From the NCBI GenBank assembly GCA_964570825.1, contig CAZMZJ010000006.1, forward strand, positions 70,202 to 134,201: a stretch of DNA of 64,000 nucleotides, written 5' to 3'. Within the stretch, counting starts at the first letter, position 1; each line of letters opens with the position of its first letter. The notes beneath the pieces were generated by a model. That model saw only the letters and a list, made by a program, of their open reading frames with translations, was not told the DNA's origin and did no database searches. Made by a program: the position numbers and the translations under genes. Origin of the DNA: an uncultured Lachnospiraceae bacterium (GTDB lineage: Bacteria > Bacillota > Clostridia > Oscillospirales > CAG-272). Shown in pieces: positions 55,152-62,958 of the stretch.

Positions 55152-56612
55152 TTAGAATATTATATCTTCGGGATTAAAATCCGGCTTTCCTCTGCCGTCG
55201 GAATCATCGGATTCAGGCGTGGAAACGTCTTTGCCGCCGTCACTGCCGATTTTGTTGTCGGTTTTATATTTACCATTGTTTTCGTTTTCATTTTCGTTGT
55301 TATTTTCATCTTCATCAGCTTCGCCGGCGGTTTTGAGCGTCACCGCCGTCCCGACAATGTCGTTGAACGACGCCGACGGGTTTTGCATGAGAATGTTGAG
55401 GACCGTCATATAATCCCTCAGCATTTCGCGCGGAGTTATCATCGCGTTGGCCCCGGCGCGCTCAAGGCAGATGTTGAGAAACCGGACCATTTCCTCGTCG
55501 GTAATTCTCGGCGTCCAGTTATAATTCTGCGAATAAAGCCGGGTGATTCTCACTATAAGCGCCAGCAGCTCGTCGTCTGAGAGCCGCCGCAGGCGTATGA
55601 CCGGGCCGATAAGATTTTTATATCCTTCAAGCGCGAACCGGCTGTCGCAGAGCCTTGACCTCAGGGCCTCGTAGCTGAACAGTCCCCGCCGGGTATCCTC
55701 GAGAAACTGCGGAGTTCCGCCGAGTATTATTTCAAGTCCGGGCGCGCGCCCCTGAAGAGTGTCGTTGAACATCGAAAGGATTTTCTCATAGTTGTTCTCA
55801 CGGCTTACGCGGTGCGTGATTTTATAGAGGTTCACGCATTCGTCGATGAATACGACAAGCCCGCGGTATCCCATCCGCCGTACGAGAGCCGCCCAAAGCT
55901 TTATGAAATCGTACCAGTTGTCGTCGTCGATTATCACCGACACTGAAAATCCGAGCGATATGCGTGCCTCGGTTTTTGTGGTATATTCTCCGCGCAGCCA
56001 TCTGATGCAGGCGCTCTTGATATCCTCATCTCCGGCGGTGTAAGCCCGGTAATATTCCGCGACCACCCTGGCAAAATCAAAGCCGCCGACGAGGAACTCG
56101 ACCTCGCGCAGCTCGTCCATCACTTTTGAGCCGAGCCTGCGTGTGAATTCCGCGCTTCCAGCTTCGATTCCTTCGGACGCTAAATCAGCCTGCAGCGCGC
56201 TTATCCAGCGGGCGATGATTTTCGGCAGAGCGCCGCCGTCGGGAGAGGACTTTGAGGCGAGGTTTTTCATCAGCTCGCGGTAAGTCGCGGCGCCGCTGCC
56301 GCCGCTGCCGTAAAGCCGGCGTTCTGGCGACAGATCGGCGTCTGCTGTAATAAAGTCCCGCTCGAGAGCATACCCGCGTATCAGTTGCATAAGGAAGCTC
56401 TTGCCGCTGCCGTACCGGCCGATGAGGAAGCGCATCGAACCGCCGCCCTCATTGACAGCCTCAAGGTCTGAGAGCAGCGCCGCGATTTCGTCCTTGCGTC
56501 CTATTGCGATATACGGTGCTCCGGCGCGCGGCACAACTCCGGCGGAAACCGACGCGAGCAGCGAGGCGAGTATTCTTTTGGGAACATTTGGTGTGCTGCT
56601 TATATCAGTCAT
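55152..56612 (-). CDS. DUF2791 / BrxD-type P-loop ATPase (second gene of a Shango-like module)
   Basis: The ATG at 56612 follows AAAGGAAG and overlaps the upstream stop (ATGACTGA). The product reads ILASLLASVSAGVVPRAGAPYIAIGRKDEIAALLSDLEAV..GGGSMRFLIGRYGSGKSFL (Walker A), with Walker B LVVFIDEC and an acidic/Asn-rich tail. Confidence 0.8.
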   Translation of the reverse strand: MTDISSTPNVPKRILASLLASVSAGVVPRAGAPYIAIGRKDEIAALLSDLEAVNEGGGSMRFLIGRYGSGKSFLMQLIRGYALERDFITADADLSPERRLYGSGGSGAATYRELMKNLASKSSPDGGALPKIIARWISALQADLASEGIEAGSAEFTRRLGSKVMDELREVEFLVGGFDFARVVAEYYRAYTAGDEDIKSACIRWLRGEYTTKTEARISLGFSVSVIIDDDNWYDFIKLWAALVRRMGYRGLVVFIDECVNLYKITHRVSRENNYEKILSMFNDTLQGRAPGLEIILGGTPQFLEDTRRGLFSYEALRSRLCDSRFALEGYKNLIGPVIRLRRLSDDELLALIVRITRLYSQNYNWTPRITDEEMVRFLNICLERAGANAMITPREMLRDYMTVLNILMQNPSASFNDIVGTAVTLKTAGEADEDENNNENENENNGKYKTDNKIGSDGGKDVSTPESDDSDGRGKPDFNPEDIIF

Positions 56613-58119
56613 CAAAAACTTCCTTTCTGTAATCTTCAATAAATGAATAACCCTCGCCATCCTCGGCGAGTATAACGTCGCCTATTGTTCCGGCTGAAAT
56701 TTCGTTTATCCGGTCGGCTATATAGTCGGGCAGCATGCCGCGCTCCGAGGCGAAGCTGAGCTGGCCCGAATAGTCGCGCCTGTCGGCAAGACGCACGAAT
56801 TCAATGAAGTCGCCGAGCCGCTCCGCGAGAGTGAGGCATTGTTCGCCAGCCGCCTTATGCACGTCTTTATCGCCCTGATTTTCCGGAGCGGTTGAAGATC
56901 TGCCCGACATCTCGTCAAACATCTCGTCGACAGGCGACCTCAGGCCGCCGTCATTATTGACAGAAGTCCCCTTTTCCTCAAATGCCGCGGCGAGGCGTTC
57001 GGTGGTCTCCCACGAGGCCTGCTCAATTTCGGCCGCGCGTTCGTGCGATGCGCCTTTAATCGGAAGGTTGTAATATTTGTCGTAATCGTGGATTTCAGGC
57101 TCGGCGGCTTTTCGCTTTTTCGGCAGAGCGCCGGCAAAGTACTCGTCTATGCACGCGCGCATCGGGGCGGGAAGAGCGAAGACGCTGAGTCTTGACTTGA
57201 TGCCCAGATAAGCGCGGATTTTATTTTCGGAATACTTTATAATGTCGGTCACCAGAAAACGAAGCTCGTGGGTGCGGGAGAACGAGCAGTAATCCGCCTC
57301 GATTTTTTTCTTGACCTCGTACGAGCACAGAGCGCCCGCGAAAGCATCGCGGATGATATGGCTGTCCTCAAGGCCGGCGCCCGAAAGAAGCTGTCCGCTG
57401 TCGTTTGAAAAGCGTTTTACCGTCGCCGCAAGTGAATTGCGAATGTGGGTGTCGAAAAGGGGCAGCGCGTCGCCTCTTGCGAATTTGCTGGTTTTGTAAT
57501 CGTAATTTGTGCAGAATGTGAGCAGCATATTGCAATATCCGTCCTCGGCGCCGTCCTTTGACGACATAAAGAATTCTTTCAGCGTGCAGGACTGCACCGC
57601 CACGGCAGGTATTCCGTATGACTTGATATCAGGCGGCGGCAAGTGGAAAATCAGCGAAAAATCGCATATCCATTCGCCGAGCATACGGTCGAATCTTGGA
57701 AATTCTTCGCGGTACGCCTTCCAGACGCCGCAAAGCTGGCTCTGTCCCCATGCGGGGTTTCCGTGCCCTCCTGTGTTGATTATCTCGTATATGAAAAGAA
57801 GTATATAGCTGTAGTCGCTTTTGAGGTAGCGTCCGGAGATCGCGCAGGTGCGCCACCACAGGTACCATTGCAGCTGCTGCCGCGAAAGCTGCGAAAACTG
57901 CGGGACATATGAAAAGAATGGTACCGGCTGGCACTCGGAGCTGGCGATATTGTTAATTTTCCTCGCGTGGCGAAGGAACTGTTCATAATAATTGTAGCTT
58001 GTTTTCCAGTTAAAAATCCTTACCTTGTGAATCAAGCTGTGGGCCGGCGCGTACTCGTCGTCGGGCTTCGGCGGTGAGGCGAACTCCTGCGCGGTGTGCG
58101 GAGGAATGAATTTTTTCAC
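56605..58119 (-). CDS. TerB-N / TerB-C domain protein (first gene of a Shango-like module); true 5' end unresolved
   Basis: TerB-N-like sequence is PFFSYVPQFSQLSRQQLQWYLWWRTCAISGRYLKSDYSYILLFIYEIIN. TerB-C-like sequence is LPDYIADRINEISAGTIGDVILAED. The listed start is a GTG with no SD, and the frame stays open upstream to 58389. Confidence 0.75.
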   Translation of the reverse strand: MKKFIPPHTAQEFASPPKPDDEYAPAHSLIHKVRIFNWKTSYNYYEQFLRHARKINNIASSECQPVPFFSYVPQFSQLSRQQLQWYLWWRTCAISGRYLKSDYSYILLFIYEIINTGGHGNPAWGQSQLCGVWKAYREEFPRFDRMLGEWICDFSLIFHLPPPDIKSYGIPAVAVQSCTLKEFFMSSKDGAEDGYCNMLLTFCTNYDYKTSKFARGDALPLFDTHIRNSLAATVKRFSNDSGQLLSGAGLEDSHIIRDAFAGALCSYEVKKKIEADYCSFSRTHELRFLVTDIIKYSENKIRAYLGIKSRLSVFALPAPMRACIDEYFAGALPKKRKAAEPEIHDYDKYYNLPIKGASHERAAEIEQASWETTERLAAAFEEKGTSVNNDGGLRSPVDEMFDEMSGRSSTAPENQGDKDVHKAAGEQCLTLAERLGDFIEFVRLADRRDYSGQLSFASERGMLPDYIADRINEISAGTIGDVILAEDGEGYSFIEDYRKEVFDD

Positions 58120-58383
58120 GAGCAGGCGGCTGTCGTCGGACGCGCTTGCCGCGGAGGCGTTGTTATTCTGCGGTCCGCGCGGCTCGACAGTTATTTCAAC
58201 AGTATCGGTTGAACGCTGCGGGTGCTGAGGGCAGCTTTTTCTTATGGGCAGCAGAGTCTCAATATTCCAGAACCCGTCAAGCTCCTTCTGCCTTTCTTTA
58301 TTTGAATCTTCCGTGGGAACACGCCTCCTTTCCGGTAGAGTATATATTATTAGGATGATATGTTTCGTATTCTTTAACGATAC

Positions 58384-58412
58384 ATTATATCACTATATAT
58401 GTATATTGTCAA
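58384..58412 (-). promoter_or_regulatory. consensus sigma-A promoter of the TerB/ATPase/helicase operon
   Basis: On the minus strand: TTGACA (58412-58407), an exact 17-nt spacer, then TATAAT (58389-58384). Confidence 0.6.
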
Positions 58413-58471
58413 TCGGGAGGCGTTTTTTATGGAAGACATATGTGCCATGTATATAAAAATTAACGCCGTTG

Positions 58472-58500
58472 TTGACAAAATACGCGCGTAGTGATAAAAT
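58472..58500 (+). promoter_or_regulatory. sigma-A promoter of the pyr operon
   Basis: TTGACA (58472-58477), a 17-nt spacer, then TAAAAT (58495-58500). It is divergent from the previous promoter. Confidence 0.55.
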
Positions 58501-58535
58501 ATAAAAAATAAATAAAGCGGGGCGGAACGGGAGAT

Positions 58536-59804
58536 ATGGACTTGCTGCTGAAGGGCGCGTATGTGTTTAATGAGAACGGCTTTGACAAGGGCGACGTGTT
58601 CATTTCAGACGATTCCGCCGCCAGTTTTTCCGGATTGTCCGGAACCCGCGTCAGGGAAATTGATTTCTCCGGCAGGTTTGTTTTCCCCGGCTTTACAGAT
58701 GTGCACGTTCATCTGAGAGAGCCGGGTTTTTCGTATAAGGAGAGGATAGCGACCGGGACGCTTGCGGCGTCCCGCGGAGGGTTCACCACTGTTTTTGCCA
58801 TGCCGAACCTCAATCCCTCGCCGGACGGGCGTGCGGGGCTTGACGCCGAGCTTGCGGCGATAGCCGGCGGAGCGTTGATCCGCGTACTGCCGTATGGCGC
58901 GATAACAAAGGGCAGCATGGGCAAAGAAATGGCGGATTTTGAAGCGATGCCGGATGCCGTGGCGTTTTCCGACGACGGAAAGGGTACGGCTCCTGAAGTG
59001 CTGGAAGAAGCGATGCTCCGGGTTAAAAAAACGGGAAGGATAATCTGTTCGCACTGCGAGGATGCGTCGCTCAAGGGAGGAGACCATATCGCCCAAGGCT
59101 CACCGTATGCGAAAAAGCTCGGCATTTCCGGCATCAGCTGTGAGAGTGAATATCTGCAGCTTGAAAAAGAACTGAGCGCCGCGCAGAAGACAGGCTGTCC
59201 GTATCATATGTGCCACATAAGCTGCCGCGAGAGCGTCGAGCTTATAAGAAAGGCAAAAGCCCGCGGACTTGACGTCACCTGCGAGACGGCTCCGCACTAT
59301 ATCGCGCTTGACTACAACAGCGTGACGGAGGATGACGGCCGGTTCAAGATGAACCCGCCCCTGCGCTCACCGGCTGACCGTGCTGCGATAATCGAAGGGA
59401 TAGCGGACGGGACGATAGACATGATTGCAACCGATCATGCGCCGCACTCGGCTGCTGAAAAGGGGAAGGGGCTTGCCGGGAGTGCGATGGGGGTGGTCGG
59501 GCTTGAGACGGCGTTCGCCGTCTGCCATACCGCGCTTGTCAGGACGGGGATAATCAGCCTGCACCGGCTGGTGGAGCTGATGAGTATATCTCCGGCGAAG
59601 CGTTTCGGGGCGGGAAGCGTTACTGTCAGGTCGGGGAAAGCGGCCGACTTTACCGTGTTTGACGTCGGAAGCAGATATAAAATAAACCCCGATGACTTTT
59701 TATCGATGGGAAAGAGCTCGCCGTTTGCGGGGCGCGAGGTATATGGCGAGTGCCTTATGACAGTCTGCGGCGGAAGAATAGTTTACATGAAGGACGGTCT
59801 ATGA
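58536..59804 (+). CDS. pyrC: dihydroorotase
   Basis: The product contains GFTDVHVHLREPGFSYKE, MPNLNP and ATDHAPH. It is 422 aa. Confidence 0.9.
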   Translation: MDLLLKGAYVFNENGFDKGDVFISDDSAASFSGLSGTRVREIDFSGRFVFPGFTDVHVHLREPGFSYKERIATGTLAASRGGFTTVFAMPNLNPSPDGRAGLDAELAAIAGGALIRVLPYGAITKGSMGKEMADFEAMPDAVAFSDDGKGTAPEVLEEAMLRVKKTGRIICSHCEDASLKGGDHIAQGSPYAKKLGISGISCESEYLQLEKELSAAQKTGCPYHMCHISCRESVELIRKAKARGLDVTCETAPHYIALDYNSVTEDDGRFKMNPPLRSPADRAAIIEGIADGTIDMIATDHAPHSAAEKGKGLAGSAMGVVGLETAFAVCHTALVRTGIISLHRLVELMSISPAKRFGAGSVTVRSGKAADFTVFDVGSRYKINPDDFLSMGKSSPFAGREVYGECLMTVCGGRIVYMKDGL

Positions 59805-60535
59805 AACAAAGCATATTCATAGTGAAAGAGAATAAGAAAATTGCCGAAAACACATACCTGATAAGGCTTTTGGGCGACACCTCGGAAACCGGCAGGCCGG
59901 GTACATTCGTAAACATAAAGCTCGACGGTTTTTTCCTGCGCCGTCCGATATCTGTCTGCGACAGCTGCGGCGGCACGCTTACGCTGATATACAAAACAGT
60001 CGGCGAGGGCACCGCGGCGCTTTCGGAGATTAAGCCGGGCGCAGGGCTTGACATTCTGACAGGGCTCGGGAACGGGTACGATATATCGGCATGCCGGAAC
60101 AAGCCGCTGCTTATCGGCGGCGGATGCGGGGTTCCTCCGCTTTATCTGCTTGCCAAAAAACTTATTACGGCGGGGAAGCCCGTGTCGGTCATACTCGGCT
60201 TCAACAGAGCAGGCGAGGTGTTTTTCGCCGATGAATTCAAAGCTCTCGGCGCGGATGTGCGCATCACGACGGCAGACGGTTCATGCGGGATAAAAGGCTT
60301 TGTCACATCTGCGATGGCGGATATTGACTACGATTATTTTTATACCTGCGGGCCGGGTCCAATGCTTCGGGCGGTGTACGACAAAAGCGGGGAGGTTTCC
60401 GGCCAGTTCAGCTTTGAGGAACGCATGGGCTGCGGCTTCGGAGCCTGCATGGGCTGTTCATGCAAAACAAAGTACGGCAGCAAGAGGATATGCCGTGACG
60501 GTCCGGTGCTTGTCAAGGAGGAGATAATATGGTAG
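59801..60535 (+). CDS. pyrK: dihydroorotate dehydrogenase electron-transfer subunit
   Basis: The ATG at 59801 overlaps the pyrC stop (ATGA). The FAD/NAD-binding fold ends with the 2Fe-2S motif CGFGACMGCSC...C. Confidence 0.9.
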   Translation: MKQSIFIVKENKKIAENTYLIRLLGDTSETGRPGTFVNIKLDGFFLRRPISVCDSCGGTLTLIYKTVGEGTAALSEIKPGAGLDILTGLGNGYDISACRNKPLLIGGGCGVPPLYLLAKKLITAGKPVSVILGFNRAGEVFFADEFKALGADVRITTADGSCGIKGFVTSAMADIDYDYFYTCGPGPMLRAVYDKSGEVSGQFSFEERMGCGFGACMGCSCKTKYGSKRICRDGPVLVKEEIIW

Positions 60536-61443
60536 ACACAAAGGTAAGCCTCTGCGGGATAACGCTTGACAACCCTGTTATCCCGGCATCGGGAACGTTC
60601 GGCTACGGATATGAGTTTGCCGAGCTTTACGATATAAATATACTCGGCACATTTTCCTTCAAGGGGACGACTGCCGGGGCGCGCTTCGGCAATCCCACGC
60701 CGCGCATTGCCGAAGTGCCGGGCGGGATGCTCAACGCCGTCGGGCTTCAGAACCCCGGCGTAAGGGCGGTTGTGGAGGAAGAGCTGCCTCGGCTTGCGAA
60801 GGTGTTTTCAAAGCCGGTGATGGCGAATATCAGCGGATTCTCGCCGGAGGAGTACGAAAGCGTCGCCGAGCAGCTTTCCGTATGTCCCATGGTCGGCTGG
60901 CTGGAGGTCAATATAAGCTGTCCTAATGTGCACGGCGGCGGCATTGCGTTCGGAACAGATCCGAAAGCGGCGGCCGAGGTGGTGCGCAGGGTTCGGAAAG
61001 TAACGAAAAAGCCGCTTATAATAAAGCTTTCGCCGAACGTTGCGGACATTGTCGAGATGGCAAAGGTGTGCGAAGCGGAGGGGGCGGACGCGGTGAGCCT
61101 GATAAACACCCTTGTCGGGATGCAGATTGACTTGAAGACAAAAAAACCGGTTTTGAGGAATATTACCGGCGGATATTCGGGTCCCGGTGTTTTTCCGGTG
61201 GCGCTCAGAATGGTTTATCAGGTATATGAGGGCGTAAAGATACCGGTTGTCGGGATGGGAGGGGTTGCCTCAGCCGCGGACGTGCTGAAGATGATGGCGG
61301 CGGGGGCTGCGGCGGTGCAGGTGGGCGCGGCTAACCTTGTCAACCCGTATGCCTGCCGGGACATTATAAACGACCTGCCGCGCGTCATGGAAAAATACGG
61401 GATAGAATCGCTGTCCGGGCTTACCGGGGCGGCGCACAGGTAA
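60529..61443 (+). CDS. pyrD: dihydroorotate dehydrogenase B catalytic subunit
   Basis: The product contains LDNPVIPASGTFGYG, EVNISCPNV and GGYSGPGVFPVALRMV. Its start overlaps the pyrK end by 7 nt. Confidence 0.9.
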   Translation: MVDTKVSLCGITLDNPVIPASGTFGYGYEFAELYDINILGTFSFKGTTAGARFGNPTPRIAEVPGGMLNAVGLQNPGVRAVVEEELPRLAKVFSKPVMANISGFSPEEYESVAEQLSVCPMVGWLEVNISCPNVHGGGIAFGTDPKAAAEVVRRVRKVTKKPLIIKLSPNVADIVEMAKVCEAEGADAVSLINTLVGMQIDLKTKKPVLRNITGGYSGPGVFPVALRMVYQVYEGVKIPVVGMGGVASAADVLKMMAAGAAAVQVGAANLVNPYACRDIINDLPRVMEKYGIESLSGLTGAAHR

Positions 61444-61514
61444 ATTCAAGTGGAAAAAATACCGCTTCCGCGGAGCAGACGCAACGGAGGCGGATAAAAT
61501 TAAGGAGAAATATT

Positions 61515-62210
61515 ATGGGTAAAGACGTGATAATCGCGTGTGATTTTTCATCCGGCAGGGAGTGCCTTGACTTTCTCGGAAAGTTCGGAGAGGCAAGGCC
61601 ATATGTAAAGATAGGCATGGAGCTGTTTTACGCCGCGGGCCCCGACATGGTTCGCGAGCTGAAGTCAAGAGGGCATAAGGTGTTTCTCGACCTGAAGCTG
61701 CACGATATCCCGAACACGGTAAAACGTTCGGCGGCGGTGCTCGGGAAGCTGGGCGCCGATATGCTCAACGTGCATGCCGGAGGCGGTTCGGCAATGATGG
61801 CGGCGGCAAGGGAGGGGATAGCCGAAAGCGGCTGTCCGACGCTGCTGATTGCCGTGACGCAGCTGACTTCGACCTCGCAGAAGATGCTTGAGGACGAGCT
61901 GCTGATAAAGCTGCCGGTTGACGAGGTGGTTGCGTCTTATGCGGAAAATGCCCGGAGATCGGGACTTGCGGGCGTCGTCTGCTCGCCGCTTGAGGCGGGA
62001 AAGGTCCATGCGGCGTGCGGCTGCGGATTTATAACCGTGACGCCCGGCGTTAGGTTCGCGGACGGGGAAGCCGGCGACCAGAGCAGAATAGCCACTCCGG
62101 CAAAAGCCAAAGAGATGGGCGCGGACTATATTGTAGTAGGGCGTCCGATAACTGCGGCGGCTGATGCGGTAGGGGCTTATAAAAGATGTATGAAGGAATT
62201 TGTCGGTTGA
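61515..62210 (+). CDS. pyrF: orotidine-5'-phosphate decarboxylase
   Basis: The product contains VKIGMELFY, FLDLKLHDIPNTV and IVVGRPIT. Confidence 0.9.
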   Translation: MGKDVIIACDFSSGRECLDFLGKFGEARPYVKIGMELFYAAGPDMVRELKSRGHKVFLDLKLHDIPNTVKRSAAVLGKLGADMLNVHAGGGSAMMAAAREGIAESGCPTLLIAVTQLTSTSQKMLEDELLIKLPVDEVVASYAENARRSGLAGVVCSPLEAGKVHAACGCGFITVTPGVRFADGEAGDQSRIATPAKAKEMGADYIVVGRPITAAADAVGAYKRCMKEFVG

Positions 62211-62298
62211 AGCAGGCAGAAATTCCGCGGCGGCTGATATGCGCGCGGAAACAAAGCCGAAAAAATATTTTTAACATTTGCAGAGGAGAAATGTAAAA

Positions 62299-62943
62299 AT
62301 GGATTACAGAACAGAAACAGCGAAGCAGCTTCTGAAAATAGGAGCGGTATTCTTCCGTCCCGACGAACCCTTCATATGGGCGAGCGGCATCAAAAGTCCG
62401 GTTTACTGCGACAACCGGCTGACGCTGACCTCGGTGGAGGCGAGAAACATTGTCGAGGAAGCGCTTGCGCAAGAGGTAAAAAAGTATTATCCCGAGGCTG
62501 AGGTGCTGATGGGGACAAGCACGGCGGGCATAGCGCACGCGGCGATTGTAGGACACCTGCTCGGTATGCCGATGGGATATGTACGGGGCAGCGCGAAGGA
62601 TCACGGACGACAGAACAGGATCGAGGGCAGGCTTGTTCCGGGGCAGAAGACGGTTATAATCGAGGATCTCATTTCGACGGGCGGCAGCGTTATCGAGGTA
62701 GCCGACGCGCTGCGCGAGGAAGGCGCCGTCGTGCTCGGGGTTGTAAGCATATTCACATATAACATGAAGAAAAGCGCCGAAAAGCTGTCGGCGGCATCTC
62801 TTGAGAATCACAGCGTGACCGACTTTGACACTGTCGCGTCGGTGGCGGTGAGCGAGGGATATATCAGGCCCGGGGATGTCGCGCGTCTTTTGGCTTTCCG
62901 CGACAACCCGTCGGACGAGAGCTGGATCGGGTCAAAGAGCTGA
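62299..62943 (+). CDS. pyrE: orotate phosphoribosyltransferase
   Basis: The start is taken at MDYRT (62299), after GAGGAG. The PRPP-binding motif is VIIEDLISTGGS. Confidence 0.9.
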   Translation: MDYRTETAKQLLKIGAVFFRPDEPFIWASGIKSPVYCDNRLTLTSVEARNIVEEALAQEVKKYYPEAEVLMGTSTAGIAHAAIVGHLLGMPMGYVRGSAKDHGRQNRIEGRLVPGQKTVIIEDLISTGGSVIEVADALREEGAVVLGVVSIFTYNMKKSAEKLSAASLENHSVTDFDTVASVAVSEGYIRPGDVARLLAFRDNPSDESWIGSKS

Positions 62944-62958
62944 AGATCGGGGCGCGGT

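Noticed and set aside
58146-58456. Two 70-aa plus-strand ORFs (58146-58358, 58244-58456) in the leader of the TerB gene
   Set aside because: They are antisense to the open TerB-gene frame or span the divergent promoter region. They have no SD and a low-complexity composition.
58501-58535. PyrR-type attenuator upstream of the pyr operon
   Set aside because: The leader is only about 30 nt, with no anti-terminator/terminator hairpins, and no pyrR gene is in the window.
51302-58535. Mobile-element boundaries around the TerB/ATPase/helicase cassette
   Set aside because: I found no integrase, recombinase or transposase, no flanking tRNA, and no long direct repeats. Only the 12-bp inverted repeat at 51989/52184 was seen, and it lies on one side only. 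GC content looks similar to the flanks by eye, so I cannot call it a mobile island.
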